A stretch of DNA of 64,000 bases from a virus (Duplodnaviria > Caudoviricetes): IMG/VR virus record IMGVR_UViG_3300000968_000002, positions 5,344 through 69,343 of that record. One strand, written 5' to 3'. Position 1 is the stretch's first letter. Every line of letters begins with the position of its first letter. Both the position numbers and the translations under genes were made by a program. This document shows positions 36,359 through 44,975 of this stretch, in pieces. A model generated the notes under the pieces. That model saw only the letters and a program-made list of their open reading frames with translations, made no database searches and was not told where the DNA came from.

Positions 36359-37381
36359 TTACAGGGTGCCGGTATTTTCAAAGAAGACCCCGAGATCGGC
36401 ACTCACCTGATGATAGGCTTGCGCGTCATCGATGATATGGAAATCTGCAAGGCGCAGGCGATCGTCGTGGCGGCGCATACGCATTCCGATATCGGAATAA
36501 ATATCGACCACGAAGTTATAACCCGCAGCAGGGACACGCTTGCCGACACGAGGTGGTGTGTATGAGAATAGGCAGCCGTTAGCTGTGATAAACTCGTTTG
36601 CCACAGCATTCTCTTCATCCGTCGTGCGTGCCGCTGTATTTTGAACGGCATAGCTGACGTGAATGTATTCAACCTCAAACAAACGCTTAAGGTCTTCGAT
36701 GCTGGCCTTTGCTGGTCCGCCCGGAGTTTGTCCGCGATCGAGACGATCAAGGATGCCCGGATGCTCAAGCAGGACGTCTTTCGTGTATTCGTCCATCGTA
36801 AGTGTATTGAGCTTAACGCCTGTCAGCAAAATACAGCGAGTGCGTTCACGACGAATGTCCTTGATTGGATCGGAAGCGTCGTCTGACCATTGAGTGAACT
36901 GAACGTCTGACGGAGCAGTTCCTGCAGCGATACCGGTCAGATCCCGAGTCCAAACACCAGCTTTGAAATAGGTGGTGAAGAAATCGATCTCCCGGCGCAG
37001 CTTGCCTTGGAAATTCAAGAACATTACCGCGTCCGTGTCCCACTCAAGGATGTCGTCCATATCATACTCGTCCTCGTCGGTCTGCGCGACCATCAAGGCA
37101 AAGATTTTCGCCAAGAACGCTGTTTTCTCATAATCGAACTGACCGAGCGTTGGCGCAGCTCCGCGAGCGCGTTCTTGCATTTGCGAGCGGTTAAAATCGC
37201 TCGAAGGGATGCTGTAATAAAAGTCTGTGAAGTTTTTGACTTTTACCATTGGGAAAACCTTATCCGCAACGAAAGCATCGTCGTCTTGGAAATTGGAAAT
37301 CAAAATATTTGTCAAACCAGTGTCGGTATGTGTCCGAGAACGGACCCGAGATGGTGAGACTGCTTTTTTTACCTGAAACAT
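36359..37381 (-). CDS. Major capsid protein (lambda gpE-like HK97 fold)
   Basis: DTGLTNI..FVADKVFP.V.V, RARGA, SDPIKDI, PAAGYNF; position. Confidence 0.85.
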   Translation of the reverse strand: MFQVKKAVSPSRVRSRTHTDTGLTNILISNFQDDDAFVADKVFPMVKVKNFTDFYYSIPSSDFNRSQMQERARGAAPTLGQFDYEKTAFLAKIFALMVAQTDEDEYDMDDILEWDTDAVMFLNFQGKLRREIDFFTTYFKAGVWTRDLTGIAAGTAPSDVQFTQWSDDASDPIKDIRRERTRCILLTGVKLNTLTMDEYTKDVLLEHPGILDRLDRGQTPGGPAKASIEDLKRLFEVEYIHVSYAVQNTAARTTDEENAVANEFITANGCLFSYTPPRVGKRVPAAGYNFVVDIYSDIGMRMRRHDDRLRLADFHIIDDAQAYHQVSADLGVFFENTGTL

Positions 37382-37431
37382 GTTTTAGGGTCCTTCTGAG
37401 TTCAGCTTAGGATGAATGCCGTTTCCGACGA

Positions 37432-37827
37432 TTAAGCCGTGCCTTTGAATGCGAAGGTGATGCCAATGACCTCACCAACGGCACCCGCCGCCACAACTGC
37501 TTTGCCGAGAATGGCATTTCCGGCAGCCGCGACAACCGCGACACCATCTGCGCCGGAGGCGACAAGATCGCCCACGGCAATTACTCCACCAGCCTCGACC
37601 GGAATGATCGCGCCAGTGGGTTGAGCGCCTTGGATTGGAGCATTTTCGGACTCCGCTGTTCCAAGGCTTACAAAATCAGCAACCTCGCCTGCTGCCGTAT
37701 AGACAGACTGACCGCTCGAGTTAGTTGAGAGAAAGCGATTAGCTTTCTGTGGAGCCGCTGCTGTTGCTGGCCCCGAAAAGACAGTGACGCTTGTCGCGTT
37801 GTCTAAGTTTGACTTGTGCTGGGTCAT
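37432..37827 (-). CDS. Head decoration/cement protein (DUF2190-like)
   Basis: VEAGGVIAVGDLVASGADGVAV..ILGKAVVAAGAVGEVI. Confidence 0.75.
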   Translation of the reverse strand: MTQHKSNLDNATSVTVFSGPATAAAPQKANRFLSTNSSGQSVYTAAGEVADFVSLGTAESENAPIQGAQPTGAIIPVEAGGVIAVGDLVASGADGVAVVAAAGNAILGKAVVAAGAVGEVIGITFAFKGTA

Positions 37828-37889
37828 GATTTTCTCCGTCTATGCCCTAAATGAAATCCGCCGGGGCGGTGTGTAAGCTTTACGCTCGG

Positions 37890-39104
37890 CTATTCAGCCA
37901 TGCGTACTTTGTTGTATAGATCGCGACCTGGCCCACTCTGAGTTACCGCAACATAGGCTTTCTCGAATGAGACGCCTTCTGCTTTAGCGTGGTTTTTAGC
38001 CAGATCGTTGAGCTGATCCTCATAACCCTTTGCATCGGATTTTGAGATTGCGCCTGACGGAGCAAAGTCTCCACCGAGGGCGTCGTTACCAGCTTTCAGC
38101 GCTGCGTATGCGCCCTTGCGGATATCCTCGTCCTCGATTCCCTCGAAGGCGCGCATGATACCCTTGCGGACGTCTTCGCTACCCGGAAGCTTGTCAAACT
38201 CGGCTGACCGCTTCTCAATCCTAGCATCCAGCGCCGCGACCTTGGCTTTTGCGAGTTCTTCACGCTCATTATCGCGATCGCGAGCCATCTTGACCATCCG
38301 AGGGTCGTCTGACTTGCGGAACTCGTCGCCATTGATAGCCGTGTAAACAACCGGATCACCGTCTTTGGCTTTCGAGATAAGGCTCGCGCGCTTGTCTTCG
38401 TCCGCCTTCAAGAAAGCGGCTTTAGCATCATCATCCGGGAGACTGTCATAATGAGCCTTGTTAATCGCGTTCAAACTGTTGACGGCAGTCAATGTCGCAA
38501 CGCTCTTTTCGAGGTCCGCCATTTTCTTCTTGTTCTCGTCTTCCTCCTCCTCGTCATTCATTTTCTCGAGGGTTTTGGCTAGATCACCAGTGAGAGCGCC
38601 AACAACGTCATGAGTTTGAGCTGCCTTGACGATATCGATCGCCTCTGCATCTCCCCAGCTCGATTCTGTATCGAACTTCGTGATTGCCGCGAGCGTCAAA
38701 GCTGCGCTTGCTAGCAAGGATTTTTTAATTTTGGACGCCATTGCAGTTTCTCCGTTTGGTGTCTGTTGAGTGGATTTCGAAATTTCCTCTATATCGTGCA
38801 TGTGACCTAAAGATTCGCCAATGACAACCCTTCCATTTTCATCGCGTGTCCAAGGGTGCGAATGCTCCTCGCCCGGGGAACCGGAAACCCAGCTTGTCTG
38901 ACCGCCATCAAGATAGTTCCCTTCCCAATCATGCTGATCGACAATATGCTGATGCCCATCGACAGCAGTCGTCATTTTCACTGTCTTTACAATGACTTCA
39001 CCGCCTCGAGACTTGATAATGGCCTTCCTCGCTGGCTTTTGAGCGGGCTCATCGACGGCGCTGATTTCGTCCAGCGTCATGCTTCTAATGATTTGCTTTC
39101 CCAT
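37890..39104 (-). CDS. Scaffold protein with N-terminal protease-like strand and His-rich insert; probable internal start at 38741
   Basis: LDEISAVDEPA at N-terminus, GHQH/HSH/HMH, charged helical C-terminus; GGAG RBS before ATG 38741. Confidence 0.7.
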   Translation of the reverse strand: MGKQIIRSMTLDEISAVDEPAQKPARKAIIKSRGGEVIVKTVKMTTAVDGHQHIVDQHDWEGNYLDGGQTSWVSGSPGEEHSHPWTRDENGRVVIGESLGHMHDIEEISKSTQQTPNGETAMASKIKKSLLASAALTLAAITKFDTESSWGDAEAIDIVKAAQTHDVVGALTGDLAKTLEKMNDEEEEDENKKKMADLEKSVATLTAVNSLNAINKAHYDSLPDDDAKAAFLKADEDKRASLISKAKDGDPVVYTAINGDEFRKSDDPRMVKMARDRDNEREELAKAKVAALDARIEKRSAEFDKLPGSEDVRKGIMRAFEGIEDEDIRKGAYAALKAGNDALGGDFAPSGAISKSDAKGYEDQLNDLAKNHAKAEGVSFEKAYVAVTQSGPGRDLYNKVRMAE

Positions 39105-39961
39105 TATACGTCCTCAAGCTCGTGAGCCATGCCACCAATGGAAAAGCCCTTATATGTTCCATCCTCGAATTTTTCTAAAATTGAGGGCTCTGTCGGTTTT
39201 AACGCGACCAGAAGGCCGGATTTCTTGATTTTTATATCGAGGGACTTGGCGATCTCCGTCGTCATAGGGAACAAAAACGGATAGCCACCGATGCTCTCGT
39301 TTCCGAAATCTCCGTGGCCGTGCATGTCCTTGGCAAAGTTTACCTGTGCAAAATCAAGAGCTGCCTTGAGCATTACGTCCTCCGGGATATGCTGATCCTG
39401 TAGGTCGAAATAATCCTCGCCATCGACCTTGCAAACCATCCCATAACCGAAAACAAGGCCTAGCTTTTTGTCGACCTTGGCAATCGAGGAGGTCTTAAAT
39501 GCTTTGTTCAGTTTCTTTTCCGTCACGTTTTCTTTCCATTTTTCCTTGAGCGGCTCGAAGATTTCCGGGCCTAGCTCTATCTCACCCATGTATGCAGGGA
39601 TTTCGGAACCGTCAACAGCATCCATTTCGTAAGTTATCGTGACGTGAGATTGATAAGTCGGGTATGCCCAATGCGCTCCGAGCTCCTTGAGTTCTTGCCA
39701 GCGCGCGGAAAGATGCGCGTCTTTGAACGCAAGAACGAAAGCGCCCTCATCCCCGAGAGGCTTAAGTTCCCGAGTCTCGTCTGCCGGGACTGTATAGGGA
39801 ACCTTCATCGTGTCCGCATCCGTTACCTCGACCGGCTCCCGGGAAAAGGCGATCGTGACGTGCATGTCATCCCCGAGCGTGGTCTTAATCCCGTGCGACT
39901 TTGCCCACGAATCGATCTCCTGCCAGTTCAATACTTGACGGCGTGCATAGAGTGTTTTCAT
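39104..39961 (-). CDS. Acb1-like 2H phosphoesterase fused to XkdF-like prohead serine protease
   Basis: HVTIAFS (H34) and HVTITY (H106); C-terminal LGLVFG..DLQDQ..KDMH..GTYKGFSIGG. Confidence 0.8.
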   Translation of the reverse strand: MKTLYARRQVLNWQEIDSWAKSHGIKTTLGDDMHVTIAFSREPVEVTDADTMKVPYTVPADETRELKPLGDEGAFVLAFKDAHLSARWQELKELGAHWAYPTYQSHVTITYEMDAVDGSEIPAYMGEIELGPEIFEPLKEKWKENVTEKKLNKAFKTSSIAKVDKKLGLVFGYGMVCKVDGEDYFDLQDQHIPEDVMLKAALDFAQVNFAKDMHGHGDFGNESIGGYPFLFPMTTEIAKSLDIKIKKSGLLVALKPTEPSILEKFEDGTYKGFSIGGMAHELEDV

Positions 39962-39966
39962 TATTT

Positions 39967-40064
39967 TCTCGATTTTTTGAGATTTTGTGTTGCAATGCCA
40001 CTGTGCGCACCGTAGACCACAATTGTCAAAGGGCAATCGAGCCCACTTACGGAGACACAAAATG
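39967..40064 (+). promoter_or_regulatory. Early promoter/leader copy 2
   Basis: TCTCGATTTTTTGAGA-N7-TTGCAA-N12-CACCGTA...GGGCAATCGAGCCCACTTACGGAGACACAAAATG. Confidence 0.8.
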
Positions 40065-40253
40065 AGCAATTTCAAAGAAAATCCAGTTTATAAACAGGTC
40101 CTCAAGGACTCCCTTGGTGGGATCATGTACGACGTCTCGAACAGAGGCAAATACGACGCTGACGAGCTCCTTGCAGAGATGGAGGCTTTCGGGATCAACC
40201 GCCTCGACGGGATCGCTAAGGGCGCATACGACTTCCTCAAAGAGGAGGCGTAA
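40062..40253 (+). CDS. Hypothetical early protein
   Basis: ATG ends the conserved leader. Confidence 0.65.
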   Translation: MSNFKENPVYKQVLKDSLGGIMYDVSNRGKYDADELLAEMEAFGINRLDGIAKGAYDFLKEEA

Positions 40254-40254
40254 G

Positions 40255-40497
40255 GTGGAAGCCACTACAAAATTCAAGGTAGGTCAGACTTATTGGGGTC
40301 GATTTATCACGGACGCGGACAGCAGGGTCGAGGCTAAAATCGAGCGCCGGACAGCTAAATCCGTGTGGATTGCGGATATGTTTTCCGGCGATATCGAGCG
40401 CCGTAAAATCTACGTTTTAGATGGTGTTGAGCGTTTCGCCATGAACAGCAGCTTGCGGATATCCTCCGCTCGCATCTCACTTTTTGCGGGAGAGTAA
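40255..40497 (+). CDS. Hypothetical protein
   Basis: GTG after GGAGG; fills operon. Confidence 0.55.
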   Translation: MEATTKFKVGQTYWGRFITDADSRVEAKIERRTAKSVWIADMFSGDIERRKIYVLDGVERFAMNSSLRISSARISLFAGE

Positions 40498-40498
40498 A

Positions 40499-41011
40499 AT
40501 GAAACTTGAACTTAAAGCCATCGAATACTCGGAACGATTATCAGAGGAGACTTATTGCTTTTCGGCAAAGCTATATGTCGACGGAAAGCCTTTTGCGATC
40601 GTCAGCAATCGCGGTCACGGAGGTTGTACCGACGTCGATCCGATCAACTTTGAGATGGAGCATGTTGGCGCGTGGCGGACTCACCTCGAGGAGGTTGAGG
40701 CCTATATCAAGGCGAACTTTCCCGCGACGACATACGAAGACGTCGTGATCCATACGGACCTTGAGATTTGGGCAAGCGATCAAATTACGGAGCACCTCTA
40801 TCGCAAGGAAATGAAAACCGCGTTTCGCTCAAAGGTCCTGTTCTACGTCAAGGGAAGCGTGCGCTATTTCGCCAAAAAGCAAAAAGGGCGGACGTTCCCG
40901 CAAGAGCAGATTGTCGAGCACGTCCGTTCTCGCCACGGAGATGACGTCAAGATTTTGAACCTACTGCCCGAGGCGGAAGCTCTTGAGCTTTGGAAAGCTA
41001 ACGCGGCATGA
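40499..41011 (+). CDS. Hypothetical protein
   Basis: Coupled ORF with GGGAG RBS. Confidence 0.6.
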   Translation: MKLELKAIEYSERLSEETYCFSAKLYVDGKPFAIVSNRGHGGCTDVDPINFEMEHVGAWRTHLEEVEAYIKANFPATTYEDVVIHTDLEIWASDQITEHLYRKEMKTAFRSKVLFYVKGSVRYFAKKQKGRTFPQEQIVEHVRSRHGDDVKILNLLPEAEALELWKANAA

Positions 41012-41202
41012 GCCGCATCAAGATCATCTGCGGGACCTGTTCCTCCGAGAACGTGTCTCGAGACGGAGCCGCAAGATGGTGTGTCGATAGTCAGCAATGG
41101 GAGCTATCCACGGTTTACGATTCGGCAGACTGTCACGACTGCGGCACGGAGCGTCGTCTCGCAGAGCTACCTATCGACCCTCCAAAAGAGAAATCACTAT
41201 GA
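41008..41202 (+). CDS. Small zinc-ribbon protein
   Basis: CGTC and CHDC pairs; ATGA overlaps at both ends. Confidence 0.6.
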   Translation: MSRIKIICGTCSSENVSRDGAARWCVDSQQWELSTVYDSADCHDCGTERRLAELPIDPPKEKSL

Positions 41203-42536
41203 AACCTGCGAATACCACCCTCGGGGCAATCCGGGACCCGCGCGATCTTGTTGAGGAATACCTCGAGAAGCTCGCAAAAATACCAGATACGATAAAGGCC
41301 TATGAGGAGGCCGGAGAAAAGATCAATCAGGTCTGCACCGTCTCTGGCGCCTTTGGGAGACGCGATATCTTTGACCGGCAAGGGCGCGTGAGCAAAGAGA
41401 CGATGGAGAAAGCTCTCCTCGGGAGCGCTTGGTGGGCGGCATTTAAATGGTGCAATATGAACATTCTCGCGACCGCTGCGGATAAAAAGAAATTCGATCA
41501 AGATATGCAAAACCCGCCTCCGTTCACGGTTGAGAACCTCGTCGGGACGTTTGGACCATATCTTGCGGACCCGCGCGAGGCGATCCTTCGAGGGCTTGCT
41601 GAGGCATTTATCACTCTCGATCCGGCTTATAAGTCGCACAGCAAGGTCAAAGTCGGAGTGAAGGGCCTCCCCAAGCGGGTCATTATCAACAACGCTCGGA
41701 GCGAGTGGTCTCGCTTGGGAGGCTGGGGATGGCAGCGCGCAGAGGATATGCTCAACGCTCTCCAAGTTTTTGATGGTGACGGGCTTGTCGATCGGGATAT
41801 CCTGTATTCCATTCAAAGAGGCGATCGTGAGACCTATCGCGGCCTGACCTTTAAGTTTTTCAAGAACGGAAATCTTCACGTTCACTTTAGCGAGCACGCC
41901 TGCCTCCAAATCAATCGAGGGCTTGCGGAATACTATGGCGACGTTCTCCCGGACGTGGAGCCTGATAAGGACGACCTCAAGGCAGACCCTCGCGCGCGCG
42001 ATCTCGCCAAAGATTTGCAGTATTATCCGACGCCGGTGAAGGTCGCGCGAGAGGTCTTGACAGAAAGTCGTATCTACGGAGTGCAAAAGGTTCTCGATCC
42101 TCAATGTGGATGCGGCCGCTTGCTGGATGCTGTTGCTTATCGAGAAAAAGAACGTGCAAAAGGCTGGAGCCGCACGGAGCACAAAAAGATATCCCTTCAC
42201 GCGATCGAATATCACGCCGGGCGCGTCCGAGAGGCTCGAGCAAAAGGTTACACGGTCATGCAGGCGAACTTTCTCGAGGTCGAGCACAACCACCTCAAGC
42301 CTTACGATCTCGTGTTTATGAACCCGCCTTTCTACGGACGTCACTATCTCAAGCACGTCATACACGCCCTCAAGTTTGTGAAGCCCGGAGGAAAGTTGAT
42401 CTCTATCCTGCCCGCAACAGCGCATTACGATCACCAAGAGCTCCCGGGAGATTATAGCTGGCACGATCTACCCGTGGGCTCGTTCTCTGAATCCGGAACG
42501 CGAGTTCCCACTGGATATGCAATCTGGTTAGTTTGA
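41199..42536 (+). CDS. DUF4942-domain class I SAM-dependent (amino) DNA methyltransferase
   Basis: FFKNGNLH (DUF4942), QYYPTP, VLDPQCGCG, MNPPF. Confidence 0.85.
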   Translation: MKPANTTLGAIRDPRDLVEEYLEKLAKIPDTIKAYEEAGEKINQVCTVSGAFGRRDIFDRQGRVSKETMEKALLGSAWWAAFKWCNMNILATAADKKKFDQDMQNPPPFTVENLVGTFGPYLADPREAILRGLAEAFITLDPAYKSHSKVKVGVKGLPKRVIINNARSEWSRLGGWGWQRAEDMLNALQVFDGDGLVDRDILYSIQRGDRETYRGLTFKFFKNGNLHVHFSEHACLQINRGLAEYYGDVLPDVEPDKDDLKADPRARDLAKDLQYYPTPVKVAREVLTESRIYGVQKVLDPQCGCGRLLDAVAYREKERAKGWSRTEHKKISLHAIEYHAGRVREARAKGYTVMQANFLEVEHNHLKPYDLVFMNPPFYGRHYLKHVIHALKFVKPGGKLISILPATAHYDHQELPGDYSWHDLPVGSFSESGTRVPTGYAIWLV

Positions 42537-42554
42537 CTTGAAAAGACCCTCGTT

Positions 42555-42570
42555 TCTCGAATAATCGAGA
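42555..42570. promoter_or_regulatory. Dyad box TCTCGAATAATCGAGA overlapping a probable -10
   Basis: Most symmetric family member; TTGACT/TTGAAA lie upstream. Confidence 0.65.
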
Positions 42571-42620
42571 CATGTTAATTCACTTCAAAAGGCACTTCCG
42601 CCAAGATCAAGGAGATCAAT

Positions 42621-42878
42621 ATGAAGAAACCTAAGAAGGCAGCCCCTAAAAAAGCTGCTGCAAAAAAACCAAGGAAGCCTAAAAAGCCTTTCGCTCCGGG
42701 CGAGGGCGATCTCGTTATGCTTAAGTCAGGCGGCCCATCCATGACGGTTGCCATCCGTGTAGGTCCTGCCCCGCAAGGCATTAAAGAAACGGATGTTTTG
42801 TGCATGTACTTCGTAAGAGATGAGATGAAGAGTATGTACTTTTCGCCTAAATTATTAAGGCCAGCAGAAATCATTTAA
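42621..42878 (+). CDS. YodC/DUF2158-like protein with Lys/Ala/Pro-rich N-terminal tail
   Basis: GDLVMLKSGGPSMTV, CMYF, F...LL. Confidence 0.8.
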   Translation: MKKPKKAAPKKAAAKKPRKPKKPFAPGEGDLVMLKSGGPSMTVAIRVGPAPQGIKETDVLCMYFVRDEMKSMYFSPKLLRPAEII

Positions 42879-42887
42879 CAACCTCAA

Positions 42888-42918
42888 AGCTTCCGGCAAT
42901 CGGGCTGGAAGCTGTTTT
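42888..42918 (+). terminator. Probable terminator
   Basis: AGCTTCCGGC/GCTGGAAGCT stem then GTTTT. Confidence 0.55.
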
Positions 42919-42932
42919 ACAGAAAGACCGAA

Positions 42933-43427
42933 ATGTCCTCACTCAATAAGGTAATGCTGATTGGTAATCTTGGGAACGATCCCGAGGTCAGATCCTTTGG
43001 TAATGGCGGAAAGGTTGCGAACTTCTCTCTCGCGACGTCCGAAAAATGGAAAGACAAGAACACCGGAGACCGCAAGGAAAAGACCGAGTGGCACCGCGTT
43101 GCTGTCTTTGGAGAGGGGCTCGTCAATGTTGTCGAGCGCTACGTTAAGAAGGGCTCAAAGCTCTATATCGAAGGCAAGCTGCAAACCCGGAAGTGGCAAG
43201 ACCGCGACGGGAACGACAAATACACCACGGAGATCGTCTTGCAAGGGCCAGGCTGTAAACTCACGATGCTAGGCAGCAAAGATGACAACAACGGAGGTGG
43301 TGGCCGGGATTACGGTAGCGGTGGACGATCTGGTGGCGGTGGCTACGGAGGCGGAAGCTCCTCGGGCTCGTCTAACTCAAACGATCGAGGCAGAGACTTT
43401 GATCTCGATGACGAGATACCGTTTTAA
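42933..43427 (+). CDS. ssb: Single-stranded DNA-binding protein
   Basis: [38 protein letters not shown] tail. Confidence 0.97.
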   Translation: MSSLNKVMLIGNLGNDPEVRSFGNGGKVANFSLATSEKWKDKNTGDRKEKTEWHRVAVFGEGLVNVVERYVKKGSKLYIEGKLQTRKWQDRDGNDKYTTEIVLQGPGCKLTMLGSKDDNNGGGGRDYGSGGRSGGGGYGGGSSSGSSNSNDRGRDFDLDDEIPF

Positions 43428-43672
43428 TGGTCGACGTGACGTCCATCACGCTCCCGGGGCTTGGCTTGGCGCTCTGCTCCGGGATTTCTTTCGGGATTTC
43501 TCTCGTTGCAGGCGTCCGGTTTTATAGGCTTTATGGACACTTAGAGCCTGACGAGGTTGAGGACGAGTTTTTCGAGAATATACCCGTGAAAGACCTTCAT
43601 CTTTTTGAGATATCGATGGTAGCTCTCGCCTTTGGCATCATCTTTATTCTTCTCGCGATATTCACCCAATAA
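43427..43672 (+). CDS. Two-TM membrane protein
   Basis: Two hydrophobic segments around an acidic loop. Confidence 0.6.
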   Translation: MVDVTSITLPGLGLALCSGISFGISLVAGVRFYRLYGHLEPDEVEDEFFENIPVKDLHLFEISMVALAFGIIFILLAIFTQ

Positions 43673-43708
43673 AAAAGCCGCGTAAGGCCCCCACCCTACG
43701 CGGCTTTT
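43671..43708. terminator. Bidirectional rho-independent terminator
   Basis: AAAAGCCGCGTA...TACGCGGCTTTT between convergent genes. Confidence 0.85.
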
Positions 43709-43728
43709 CGTTTTCCTATGGCAAGGAA

Positions 43729-44427
43729 TTACATCTCTTTAAGCTGGTTATATCGACGCCGCAAGTCCTCTGGCTTTGCCTGACCGCCAAAAAACACCAC
43801 AATATCATCCATCGATTTGCCGCTCGTTATCATTCTTTCGAGGTGCTCGTCGGACTCGACTGTCGGCTTGTAGCGCCCGTTTCCATAATAATCGAAAACG
43901 ATCCCGCTCGGATTATTTGACGCGATCGCCTTCCGGGCCTTTGGCTGCCTTGGTTTTTTGGCAACGATCTCGTTCTCGCCCTTATCCAATATCAAGATGA
44001 GCGCGCCGTCGCGGACGGTCCGATCCTTAAGGTCCGGCGTTCCGCTATAGGCCCCAATTCCCATATCGGTCATCCGGGTAAAGTTTACGACCATTCCGAA
44101 ATCCTTGGGGTTTTCGTCATGCGCCCGAGCCCCGACGGTGTTCTTTTTCACAACCGTTTTTGTCGGTGTCCCGGATTTGCTAATCTTAAGAGCGATACTT
44201 TCATCGAGGTCAGCGCCTTGCAGCTTCATAAAGTCGCCCTCTTTGATATCCATTTCCTTGACCATCTCCGGGCGGATCAAGAGCTTAATCTGAACGCCGG
44301 TCGAGACCTTCTTGACCCCGACTTTAATCGGCTGATCTCTCTCGCCTGCTTCGATATCGTCAAACTCTAAGTCATCAAAGATCGCAAATGGATCTTCTGC
44401 TTGTGTCTCGTCGTGGTCTTCGTTCAT
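43729..44427 (-). CDS. Hypothetical protein, possible AbrB-like regulator
   Basis: QIKLLIRPEMVKEMDIKEGDFMKL resembles AbrB swapped hairpin; short helical C-terminal domain. Confidence 0.5.
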   Translation of the reverse strand: MNEDHDETQAEDPFAIFDDLEFDDIEAGERDQPIKVGVKKVSTGVQIKLLIRPEMVKEMDIKEGDFMKLQGADLDESIALKISKSGTPTKTVVKKNTVGARAHDENPKDFGMVVNFTRMTDMGIGAYSGTPDLKDRTVRDGALILILDKGENEIVAKKPRQPKARKAIASNNPSGIVFDYYGNGRYKPTVESDEHLERMITSGKSMDDIVVFFGGQAKPEDLRRRYNQLKEM

Positions 44428-44549
44428 GGGTTTTCTCCTCGGGGTTTCGGACTGTTTGCACCAAGACGATCGAGCGAGCAAGTCGAAATCATTATTTTTA
44501 GAGAATTAAGCTGCTTCCCTATTTTTGACTTTGCCACTATAGGGAGAAC

Positions 44550-44975
44550 ATGGGCAACGTTTTGAAATTCACATCTAAAATAAGCTTTCTAGCTTCACCT
44601 GATGGAGTTGAGGAGCCGTGGTTAACCGGCCAGTCTTTTCGATGGCTTCTTGATTATAACGATCAATCGAAAGGTGAGATCGTTGTCCCGGCAGAGTTTC
44701 CTTTCGATGGAGCGAGCGTTCCGCCCATCCCTTTCGTCCGTATTTTCTTTCCTCGGGTTCATCCTGCCTATATGCAATCGGCTGCTTTGCATGATTGGTG
44801 CCTCAAGCACGAGCGCAGCCGATTCTCGAGAGAGCAAATCGATAAGATATTCAGAGAGGCTCTTGAGGCTCAAAAAAACCCCGGATGGCGCATCCGAGGT
44901 ATGTATCTCGGGGTTTCCTTATTTGGAAAGCTGTCCGAGGGAGATGATTACTACAGTCTTTCTATAAAGAATTGA
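44550..44975 (+). CDS. DUF1353 family protein
   Basis: FPFDGASVP, AALHDWCL, DKIFREAL, MYLGVSLFG. Confidence 0.85.
   Translation: MGNVLKFTSKISFLASPDGVEEPWLTGQSFRWLLDYNDQSKGEIVVPAEFPFDGASVPPIPFVRIFFPRVHPAYMQSAALHDWCLKHERSRFSREQIDKIFREALEAQKNPGWRIRGMYLGVSLFGKLSEGDDYYSLSIKN

Noticed and set aside
39096-39102. Second GGGAAAG heptamer at the scaffold start
   Set aside because: It lies after the upstream stop and a -1 shift hits a stop within 4 codons
39987-40075. Longer starts for the Acb1-protease (40075) and the first island gene (39987)
   Set aside because: Both run through the conserved promoter-leader; ATG 39961 and ATG 40062 fit better
41133-42464. 443-aa minus-strand ORF
   Set aside because: Antisense shadow of the DUF4942 methyltransferase; no motifs
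44535-44547. CACTATAGGGAGA, identical to the 3' part of the T7 promoter
   Set aside because: The upstream specificity region (TAATACGACT) is absent, it doubles as the RBS of the DUF1353 gene, it is single-copy, and no T7-type RNA polymerase is in the window
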